Assembly (NCBI GenBank): GCA_976551045.1
Contig: CDPCPM010000013.1
Location: forward strand, 5,084,001 to 5,148,000
DNA length: 64,000 nt
Reading direction: 5' to 3'
Source: Glaucostegus cemiculus
Lineage: Eukaryota
The notes beneath the pieces are model-generated. The model was not told where the DNA came from. It searched no databases and was given only the letters and a program-made list of their open reading frames with translations. Below, one piece after another: positions 12,817-22,647 of the stretch; the stretch's first letter is position 1; every line of letters begins with the position of its first letter. The translations under genes and the position numbers were made by a program.

Positions 12817-12883
12817 GGCAAGAGTTATGGCCAAGAAGCCTGGAATTCTGGGTTCTGCAAATAACCTGCTGATAAAAAACATT
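12817..12883 (+). repeat. Local direct repeat, copy 2
   Basis: Near-identical to 12240-12306. Confidence 0.9.
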
Positions 12884-13238
12884 TAATAAAAAACACCAAG
12901 TTTACTATTCATCATGATAGATTGCAACCTGTCTTCAGGCAGGGAAGGCTGTAGAAAAGGGCATAGCAAGGGTGCAGGTGGGAGGGTGATGGGAGATCAC
13001 AGTTGTGGGATCTATATGAATAGGAAGACATGTGGTGAAAGTAAGTAATGTTCAACAGAACGGGATAGTATTGGGGTGAGATAACTGGTATTGGTGGGGT
13101 GGATGAGTTCAGAGGCAAGAGATCAGAGGGAACTTAGTGGTTTGTTGAGCCTGGAAGAAACATTCCTGTTCTTATTCCTCCACAACCAGTGCTGGAAAGA
13201 TATTTAACTTGTTAATCTCGTCCTTCTTCTCCCTGCAG

Positions 13239-13600
13239 ATTTCCTGAAGTCTAGGGTCCCAGCTGAAGTTTGTTAAGAAAGGAAAAAACATGTTCAAGTT
13301 GAGGCAATGCAGCCATCTTCAAAAGATTTAACTGATCATCACCCCTTCTGAGAGCCGAATGGTCACCCAGTCTCAGTGCAACTGAAAGTGAGCAGGATCA
13401 AACCATGAGCACTGGGGTTAAAATTCTTTTTTAACTCTCACTCAACTCAGCCTTTTCTTTTTGAGGGGTTAAAATTCTCTCCTTCGCATTTCCCTCCATG
13501 TATCATTATACCCTGTACAAGATTGTTACTCAAGTGATTTTTTTTTATCTTCAAAAAAAAAATCATGTTTTCTTTTTCCAGAGATAAGAATAAAATGAGC
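13239..13600 (+). other. Candidate terminal exon / 3' UTR
   Basis: Strong acceptor tccttcttctccctgcag at 13221-13238, a short coding tail (IS* or FLKSRVPAEVC*), and AATAAA near 13588. Confidence 0.2.
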
Positions 13601-14269
13601 AAAGGCAATAAGAGACATGGTTTTACTAATCTTTTAACCACATGCAAACAATGGCAGGGTAAAGGATGGGCTGGGGATGTTCATTCTCACTGGGATTAAA
13701 CCAAACATCAAAGTAACTGTTTTCAGTGCATGGGGTCTGCTGTAGAGTTGCAGTGGTGAGTTAATTAGGTACATCAGTCTGAAACATGTGCAACTATTTT
13801 ACATCTTTGCTATTTTGTAAAATATCTGAACAGGTTTATTGCTTCCATACTTCTTTTCTCCTTGCATGTTAGCTTGTGTGGGTGTAAGGAAAAAAGCAGA
13901 GACAAAACATTAGGGGTCCACAAAATGAAAAAAATGTCCGCCACAAGAAAACATGATCATGAACAATGAATATGTATATCATTGCAGAAGTTGCTCGAAA
14001 GAGAAATGACTGTAAACAGCCTTTGCAGATTATTCTTAGTGAAAGTGGTTGGAAGCAATTGATGATATTAAAATACCTGCACAGTTATAGAACAGGATAC
14101 TTCATTTTTAATTTGTTGATTTTTTCCATTTAAAGTTCAGATAATTCATAACTGTGTGCTGATAAAAATCAATTTAGGAACATCTGCTGCTGGCCTCTAT
14201 GAGAAACTTCAAGTCAGACCTTATTGCTGAGTTTACTGACATTTGAACTACTTCAGAAATTGAACATTC

Positions 14270-14740
14270 AATTTAGATTACCGATTAAGAGGAGGTAGTG
14301 CGCTTTTAAAGATGCCTTCTTTCCGAGGAATCGTTAAAACAGAGACCGGTTTGTTCTTTTTCCAGGTCAATGATAAGAGATCCATGGTCTAACTTTAAAG
14401 GAGCCTATGTATTTCACCCAATGGTTACCAGTTGACCAATTTCATTAAAACAGATAATTTGCTCTTAATCACATTGCTCTTCTTTGGACCTTGTTTGAAT
14501 TTTGTCATACTATAGCTGCTATGTTTCCACCATTACAATTTTTTAAAAATTAATTGGTAGTATAATATTTTGGAGTCAAAGAATCAGACACCATAGGAAC
14601 AGGTCCTTTGACCCATGGAGTCCGTTCCAACAATCAACCACACATTTATGCTTACGCTATACTAATCCAAATTTTATTCTCCCACATTAAAAAATTATGA
14701 AAAAGTTAAAATGCATACAATTGCAAGTCTTGTTTCTTTC
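14270..14740 (+). mobile_element. Deu-SINE (SacSINE1/AmnSINE-like) remnant with a small CR1-tail insertion at about 14580-14690
   Basis: Ordered decayed Deu-domain motifs: gatgcc..cttccgagg..cgttaaaacagag, caggt..aagagatccatgg, taaaacagat..taatcacattgct, gctgctatgtttcc..cattacaa, and tail tgcaagtcttgtttcttt. Confidence 0.55.
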
Positions 14741-14939
14741 CAATGGGGATTTAAGACCCTGATCTTTGCCAATCTATTCTGTCCTTTGGGTAATTCTGTT
14801 TACCTGACAGAATGTAGACTGGAAACAAATACTCTCAATAGTAATGCTGGGTCAGATACTCCAACAAGTCTGAATTACTCAATTTCTCTGATGGCAGCCT
14901 GCAAGTTTATGTAGGCAGATAAGGTGTCTACCTAAAGTA

Positions 14940-16050
14940 GGAGGGAGATTGCCAGGACCACAGCCAGACCTTGTGTTGAGCCAAATCTATGAACATCCCC
15001 TATACAGGTGGTGTGGTCAGATTTGAACGTAGTGAAAACATCTCACCATTTTGACAAAGGGAGTACGAGCCCAACACAGGCTGCATGAAGTGGATGCACA
15101 GCATGTCATCCCAAAAGTGAGAGAAGATGTGTAGTCAGTGAGCTTCATGGTCAATCACAGGGATCTTAAATGTGAAGATCACAGAGTCATAGAGAAATAC
15201 TGATGTTATTTATATTGGCTATGATTCAATTAGGACATCAGGAATCTGGTCATAAGTTGTCCTAGCTGTCAGGGCTGAGGCTCAAACACCCAAAACTCCA
15301 GTATTGACATGGAAATGCCTGGCTTAACTGTATTCAGCAGGTGCACATCAACTATTTTCATACAAGGTGAACTGCTTTATAAAGCTTGGTTTGTAGCAAC
15401 TCCAGGTGGCTTGAGGTGCAACTTCTAGGGTCCTGTACCTCCATAGTAGATTGAGGTTGAAGAGTTCAACCCAGTTTCTGAGAATTATGACCTATTAGAG
15501 GAGTTGGGTTTTGATAACCATCAACAGCTCCACAGCATACAAATGGAACTTGACTGAAGCTTATGACCTTGTATTGTCCCATCTCCAAAAGAGAGGATGA
15601 ATGCTTAGATTCTGTGCTGTACAACTTATGGCTCTATGACTAAGATTTTGGACTGGCAAAGAAAACATGAAGAAACTACAGGTCCAATTAATCCATTGAT
15701 CACATATTTGCACCATTCCTCCTTGTAGGAGGATGCCATAGCTTATTATGGTGTACTCCCCAGCAGAGGTACCCAATGGCATGCCAGTTGAGGAAAATAT
15801 TGTCTTGTTGGAGGCAAGGGTCGAAGACAAGAGGAGGCAGAGGACCAAGTCCTGGTATGCACTCTGGTAAGGAGAATCAGTGTGGGTAAACAAACAAGAT
15901 TGCTCAACACATGGAATCCTAATATGTAGATGCTGGCCTCTTGGGTAAATGCAAGGACCAAGGTAGAATGGTACAGTGCCAAGGATAATGTACAAATCAA
16001 GAGCAGTTGCTGGAAGGTTTATGCAGGCTATATGCACTTTGACCACCATG
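14940..16050 (+). mobile_element. Highly decayed RTE-like LINE
   Basis: Co-linear traces: KGVR..QGC-like (about 15057), GLRL.. (about 15272), LLGS (about 15422) and TYGSMT (YGSETW-like, about 15623). Confidence 0.4.
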
Positions 16051-16067
16051 TCAGAGATAAATGATTG

Positions 16068-16250
16068 ATAGAGTTACAAACACAGAAACAGCCCCTTAGG
16101 ACCAACTTGTCCACTGTGACCAATGTACCTTCCCAAGCTAATCCCATTTGCTTGTATTTGGCTCAGTTCCCTCTAAACCTGTTCCAGTGTCTTTTAAGCA
16201 TAGTAATTATACCTGCCTCTACCACTTCCTCTGGTAGCTCATTCCATATA
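16068..16250 (-). mobile_element. CR1 3' tail fragment
   Basis: atagagttacaaacacagaaacagcccct...tacctgcctctaccacttcctctggtagctcattccata. Confidence 0.75.
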
Positions 16251-16252
16251 GA

Positions 16253-16482
16253 CTATTGAACAGTTCCTTCATACCTTGTTTGACCATTGCACCATATTGT
16301 CTACCTGCAATGCACTTCCCTGTAGCCGTGACACTACTCTGCATTATGTTATTGTTTTTACCCTGTACTACATCAATGCACTCTGCACTAACCCAATGTA
16401 ACTGCACTGTGTACGGTATTGGTTTATTGTCACTTGTACCAAGGTACAGTGAAAAACTTGTCTTGTATAGCGCTCATACAGA
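16253..16482 (+). mobile_element. Rex1 3' UTR fragment whose last ~65 nt are in the opposite orientation
   Basis: The + body ends at gtaactgcactgtgta, followed directly by the reverse-complement tail ggtattggtttattgtcacttgtacc. Confidence 0.7.
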
Positions 16483-16497
16483 TATTTTGATTCCTGA

Positions 16498-16536
16498 AGT
16501 TTCTGATGAAAGATTATTGAGCTGAAACATTAACTC
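16498..16536 (+). ncRNA. Decayed minimal hammerhead ribozyme motif in a Penelope terminal repeat
   Basis: AGTT(T)-CTGATGA-AAG..CT-GAAA-CATT-AACT, followed by the Penelope terminal motif. Confidence 0.55.
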
Positions 16537-17694
16537 TTGTTTCTCTTTCCACACTGATCTGCTGGGTTTTTCAGATTTCTGGCATCTGTATTTTTTTAAA
16601 ATTTAAGATCCATGAGAGCTTGTTTGCCCTGTCTCAGTGTTGGCTGGGGTATGCTGAGCCAGTTAGCTGTGTGGAAACAATAAGGACAATGGGCCAGAAG
16701 AAGGTGCATCATCAAACTGAGAATGGGTAAGGTATGCTTTTCCATTGGCACCTCAGCCATCATCACAGAGATGCACTATGAGAATCCTTCCACTCTGCTT
16801 GAGAGTGCAGAGTGAGAGTTGATCTATAAATTCCTGTTCATGCACCATTTTTTTTAGAAAGCTTGAGGAACATTGGATTCTGGGACCACAGAGAAGCTGA
16901 GTTCTGAGGAATGCCAGAGAAGGTAATGGAAGCTCCAGCACTGTGACTCCACTGTTGTGTTTACAGAACTGATCACTTCCCCCCCATGCCCATCACTACA
17001 TTAACACCATGTAGATGGACATCACCAACTAAACTACAGTCAGAATTCATGTTCTTTGCTATTGTATGCAGAGTATAGGACTCAGACTTGGAATTTAGAG
17101 TAATCTGTTCCCTCTTTAGCAGGTTAAGGATGGAATATTTCCATCCAACAAGCTGCTTGCTGGATTATCCCTCTGCATTTTTCCCCATCAGTTTTCAGTC
17201 CCTCATTGCAGACTCCTCCAACATATGTAGTAACATAACATGTGACAGCCTCTGTGCCCACACTTTTTAAGGTATCTCTGAGAAGGCTGTAGTAACTTGA
17301 CTGATGTTCTTATCCAACCCTTCAACCTCCAGGTAAATCACAATTTCTTGTCTCCTTCCATGTTCAATACTCCATGTTCTAGTACTTCATTAACAGCATC
17401 CATACAACTCAGACCTTTGACCATATTTCCTCATTTTCCACTAACCGAGGCGGCGACTTTTGTTCTACATGGATCTCCATTGTGACAATTATTACAGATG
17501 ATACAGGGCTCCTGCTTCACCAACATGAACAATATTATGTTCTTTGTTTTAAATCTTCCAACAGCTGAATGACTTCATTATGTGTGTTGGCCTGAGGAAT
17601 GCAAGATTGGTTGTGAGCTAGCCAAATCTATGGTCCATGATGCACCTCAGAGCACCAAACCCCATACCAGCACATATAAAATGAGCTGCATACA

Positions 17695-18250
17695 ATTACA
17701 CCATAGAAAGCATCCTATCTGGATATATCACAGCTTGTTATGACAACTGCTCTGCCCAGGACCGCGAGAAGCTGCGGAGAGTTGTGGACACAGCCCAGCG
17801 CACCATGGACACCAGGCTCCCCTCCTTGGACTCTCTCTTTTACGTCTCGGTGAAGCAGACAACATAATCAAAGACCCACCCACCCGGGTCATTCTCTTTT
17901 TTCTCCTCTTCCATTAGGTAGAAGATACAGGTGCCTGAGGGCATGTACCACCAGACTCAAGGACAGCTCCTACACCACTGTGATAAGACAACTGAACAGT
18001 TCCCTTATGCAGTGAGATGGACTATGACTTCACGATCTACCTTGTTGTGACCTTGCACCCTATTTCACTGCACTTTCTCTGTAGCTGTGACACTTTATTC
18101 TGTACTGTTACTTTTTTACCTGTAAACATCGATGCACTTTGTACTAACAATGTAACAGCACTGTGTAATGAATTGACCTGTACAATTGGTACACAAGACA
18201 AGTTTTTCACTGTATCTCAGTACAAGTGACAATAATAAACCAATACAATA
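17695..18250 (+). mobile_element. Rex1/Babar LINE 3' fragment
   Basis: caccatagaaagcatcctatctgg through tail gtacaagtgacaataataaaccaatac. Confidence 0.85.
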
Positions 18251-18748
18251 ACAGGCAGCCCCACACAGGATGAAAATTATTCAATTAGCACATCTTTCCT
18301 GTATATTTGCTCAGGTAGTCAAGTCAGGTCAAATTTCCAAAAACAGTATTTGGCATACATATTAAGAAAGCTATGGGCCAGCAGGGTGTTGATTGCTGGT
18401 GTGCACTTCCTGCTGCAGGGATCCCTCAAGCCCCCCACAGCAGAATGGCAATCAAGGTCAATCACATCACCTTCATCTTCTTTCTGACCTGCTGCTTGCC
18501 TACCACTAGGCAGATGCCCCAGATAATAACCCACCCAAGCAACATTTAAAGGCACAGATTCACTGAATAATATTTTGTTTCAGCCCTCCATAAATACTTA
18601 AATATTTAGAAGACTGACTTCTGTAGTATGTTTAATAATGGATAAAATCTACTTTATTACTTTTTAAAAGATAACCATATTGGGCTTTGGAGGCACTGAA
18701 ATTTGCAAGTGGGTGCCACAAATAAGATAGTGATTAGTCTTTTGCTGC

Positions 18749-18983
18749 TGTAGCAGCCAGCAGGGTGCAACTTAAAGAACACGAAGACACGGAGATTCGA
18801 TTGAGCACGTCTTAATAACTCACCACAAGCCACACATAACCCGGACTAACTAAAAACACGGCCGGCGGAAGTGACATCATACTCCTGCCGGAAGTGCCGC
18901 CTTCCGACACTATTGCGGGAACTCGCGCGTTTTTCCCGCGACGGCCGATGGCGTTTCAGAACCCGACATCGTGTGTCGCTACA
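18749..18983 (-). repeat. 3' LTR of element A
   Basis: Direct repeat of 21852-22086. The adjacent C-run at 18984-18997 is the minus-strand PPT. Confidence 0.95.
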
Positions 18984-18999
18984 CCACCCCCCCCCCCAG

Positions 19000-21148
19000 A
19001 AACGCCCAGTGGATGCGCGGGGCCAGCAACCCGACCGCCCAGCTTGGGAAGCCGACCCCGCCAGTGTGGCGAAGGCACCCTGAACGGGAGTGCAATGCCC
19101 AGATGCGCCGGCTACAGGCGGTCCACTGTGAAAATCTGCTCACGACCCACAACCTCGATGACATATGTTGAACCACTGCGCTGGACCACCCGGAAAGGCA
19201 CCTCGTACGGCTTCTGCAGGGGCGACCCATGTGCTCCCCGGCGGATGAAAATGTACTCACAGCCCTGGAGGTCCTTCGGAAAAAAAGAAGGCGCTATGCC
19301 ATGCCTGGAGGCCAGGATCGGTGCCAAGGTCCCCACCTTAGCCCGCAGCTTCGCTAACACTTCCGCTGGGGTCCCTGCTGGGTCCTGAGCCCCTGGTACA
19401 AACTTGCCCGGTACCGTGAGGGGGGAAACCGTAGACCAGCTCGGCTGAGGAGGTGCCGTTGCTGCCAAGCTGACCACAGGTCCAACATCTTGGCCAGGGT
19501 GAACGTGAGGGGCTTGTGGTCCGTGTAGATGGTGAAGTACCTCCCCTCAAGGAAATAATGGAAATGGCAGACAGCCAGGTAAAGAGCCAGCAGCTCCCTA
19601 TCAAAAACGCTGTACCTGACCTCTGGCGGCCACAAATGGCGGCTGAAAAAAGTGAGCGGTCTCCACTGGCCCTCAACGAGTTGTTCCAAAACCCCACCGA
19701 CCGCCGTGTCGGACGTGTCGATAGTGAGCGTTGTGGGGACGTCGACCCTAGGGTGCACCAAAAGTGTTGCCTTGGCCAGTGCCTCCTTAGCCTGATCGAA
19801 AGCTGCCGAGGCCACCGCATCCCAAACAACATCCTTGGCCTTGTCAGCCATGAGTCTGAACAAGGGCCGCATGATGCGGGCTGCTGCGGGCACAAAACGG
19901 TGGTAGAAGTTCACCATTCCCATGAATTCCTGCAGGCCCTTGACCGTGTAGGGCTTGGGAAATTGGAGGGCGGCCTGCACCTTGTCAGGTAGCGGGGCGG
20001 CACCATGCTGGTTCACCCTGTGGCCCAAGAAGTCGATCTCCCGCAGCCCGAACTGGCACTTCGCCAAGTTGATCACCAACCCGTGGTCGCTCAGGCACTG
20101 GCAGAGCTGACAGATGGGCTGAATGCTCCTTGCGTGACTTGCTGGCTACCAGGATGTCATCCAGGTACACAAAAGCGAAATCGAGGCCTCTGCTCACCGA
20201 GTCCATTAGGCGTTGAAAAGTCTGGGCGGCGTTCTTTAGGCCAAAAGGCATTCGGAGGAACTCGAACAGCTCGAGGGCTGTTTTGGGCACGTCGTCGGGG
20301 TGAACAGGGATCTGATGGTATCCCCGGACCAGATCAATCCTAGGGAAAATGGTCACCCCATGGAGGTTCGCTGTGAAGTCCTGGATGTGGGGCACAGGGT
20401 ACCTGTCAGCAGTCATGGCATCATTGAGCCTCCTGTAGTCTCCGCAGGGTCTCCAGCCCCCCACTGCTTTGGGCACCATGTGGAGCGGGGATGCCCATGG
20501 GCTGTCGGAACGGCGGATGATGCCTAACTCCTCCATCCTGTGAAACTCCTCCTTGGCGAGGCGGAGCTTGTCGGGCGGGAGCCTGCGGGCACGGGCATGT
20601 AGCGGAGGTCCCTGTGTGGTGATGTAGTGCTGCACGCGGTGCTTGGGGACTGCAGCGGAAAATTGCGGGGTGATAATGGAAGGAAACTCTGCCAACACCT
20701 CAGCAAACTCGTCGTTGGAGAGCATAACAGAGTCAAGGTGGGGGGCAGGTGACTGGGCGTTCCCGAGTTGGTAGCTTTGGAACGTCTCAGCATGGACCAG
20801 ATGCCGGCTCTTCAGATTGACCAGCAAGCGGTTGGCGCGCAGGAAATCCGCTCCTAGCAGTGGCTGCAATACCGCTGCTGCAGTGAAGGTCCAGGTAAAC
20901 GAACTGGTCCCAAAACGTAACGGGATGGTGCGCAGGCCGTAGGTGCGGACGGTAGAGCCGTTTGCAGTGGTGAGTTCAGGGCCTCTGACCGCGTTGCGGG
21001 TATCCATGTTGGAGGGGGGAAGGACGCTGATTTCGGCCCCTGTATCCACCAGGAAACGCCGCCCCGTGAGCCGGTCCCAAAGGAAGAGTAGGCTGTCTCG
21101 CTGGCCAGCTGTCGAGGCCACTAATGACGGCCGGCCTCGGCGTTTCCC
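19000..21148 (-). pseudogene. pol: pol of element A (PR-RT-RH, then only the IN C-terminus)
   Basis: ORFs 19985..21211 (FLVDTGAEIS, SPWASPLHMV, RPCGDYRRLN, YLDD) and 19354..20079 (RNase H, RELLALY, TDHKPL) are separated by a frameshift. The IN tail reads SAELVYG...PLQKPYE. Confidence 0.9.
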
Positions 21149-21813
21149 GGGAAAGAACACGGCAACTGGCAGCGGCGCGCGTTCGTCCCCCATCTCTTGT
21201 GGTAGAAACACCAGTTCCCTGGGCCTGTATCTTTGTCCTCTGCGGGCCCTGACGGTTTGGGTTTTGGAACCTTAGCTGGAGGCTGCGAGGCCACCGCTAC
21301 GCAGGCGGAGGCCACTCCTCGCCGCCGACTGCACCAAATAACATCCGCTGTGGCTGCGAGAGCGCGCGGGTTGCTGAAATCTCCACCGGCGAGGAGGGGG
21401 CGCATATCATCCGGGAGTTGCTCGAGGAATAGCTGCCGGAACAGGAAACATGGCTGATGGCCGTCCATGATTGCCAGCATCTCGTCCATCAACTCTGAGG
21501 GCTTGCGGTCACCTAGGCCATCCACAGGGAGGAGCCTCGTGGCTCGGTCGCTGAGGGAAAGGCCGAACGTGCGCATGAGGAGAGCCTTGATTCGGGCGTA
21601 CCTGTCCTCCGTCGGTGGCTGGCGTAGGAAATCGATGATGCGACCGGTCGTGTCCTGGTCGAGGGCGCTGACCACGTAGTAATACTTCGTGGCGTCGGCT
21701 TCAATGCCCCTGATGCTGAACTGGGCCTAGGCCTGTTCAGACCAGACTTGAGGCTGCGAGGTCCAGAAAACCGGGAGCTTGAGTGCCACGGCATTGTGGG
21801 AGGCAGTATCCAT
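21121..21813 (-). pseudogene. gag: gag of element A (231 codons, one premature TAG at 21727-21729)
   Basis: MDTASHNAVALKLPVFW..QA*AQF..TKYYYVVSALD..LGDRKPSELM..WCFYHKRWGTNARRCQLPC. Confidence 0.9.
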
Positions 21814-21835
21814 GATTCCAGATGCCGTCTGGAAT

Positions 21836-21849
21836 CGTCGGGGCCACCA
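21836..21849 (-). promoter_or_regulatory. tRNA-Trp primer-binding site of element A
   Basis: TGGTGGCCCCGACG, 2 nt from the LTR, matches the Trp PBS TGGTGACCCCGACG at 13/14. Confidence 0.85.
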
Positions 21850-21851
21850 AA

Positions 21852-22086
21852 TGTAGCAGCCAGCAGGGTGCGACTTAAAAGAACACGAGGACAAGGAGAT
21901 TCGATTGAGCACGTTTTAATAACTCACCACAAGCCACACATAACCCAGACTAACTAAAAACATGGCCAGCGGAAGTGACGTCATACTCCCGCCGGAAGTC
22001 CCGCCTTCCGGCACTATCGTGGGAACTCGCACGTTTCCCCGCGACGGCCGACGGCGTTTCAGAACCCGACATCGTGTGTCGCTACA
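21852..22086 (-). repeat. 5' LTR of element A
   Basis: TG...CA ends, adjacent to the PBS. Confidence 0.95.
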
Positions 22087-22373
22087 CTGCAATCTTTTCC
22101 AATGGGCAAAACCCAACTATACACAATACTCCAGCTAAATTCCAAACAGTGATTTTTTTTTAAAATAGGAGTTTGGGTTTCTTGTTTCACCATCCCCATT
22201 TAGAAGGCCAAGTATCCCAAATGATTTTAATTTAAACTCATTTATCAACATGTACTGCAATTTTCAAGTACTTATGAAAATCTGCAGTCCCCAGGTTACA
22301 CAAGGGTTCCATTACTGAGAATGGTCCATGAATCCAACTTTCCTCTAGTCAAAAGTGAACATTTTCAATGAGT

Positions 22374-22647
22374 TGTAGCAGCTAGCTACACTATTACAAA
22401 AAGAAGACAGAGTCAGTAGTTCAAAGTCAGAAGTCGAATGAACAACCAGGGCGCAGTGCCCCTGTTAATACTCGAAGGCTTCCTGCACTACAGTTCCCGC
22501 GCTGACATCACATGCAGGTCACCTGACACGTGGGCTTTCCCAGCCAAAGGATGAAGGAGGGGGGCCCCACACCATCTTGGGTTAGGGCCTCCGTCGACAC
22601 TCGCGATGTCGGGACCTGGTTCGATACTGTTAAGGTATGTTGCTACA
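22374..22647 (-). repeat. 3' LTR of element B
   Basis: Diverged direct repeat of 26278-26550; PPT-like GGGGAGG is adjacent. Confidence 0.9.

Larger units (their letters stand above)
18749..22086 (-). mobile_element. Gypsy LTR retrotransposon, CsRn1/Kabuki-type, integrase core deleted (element A)
   Basis: Two 235-bp TG...CA LTRs, 4-bp TSD CTGC (18745-18748 and 22087-22090), PBS, PPT, gag with CFYH-X9-C-X3-C, protease LVDTGA, RT YLDD and RNase H. Confidence 0.97.

Noticed and set aside
16750-16945. Faint resemblance to a Harbinger transposase fragment
   Set aside because: No catalytic motif or terminal inverted repeat could be supported.
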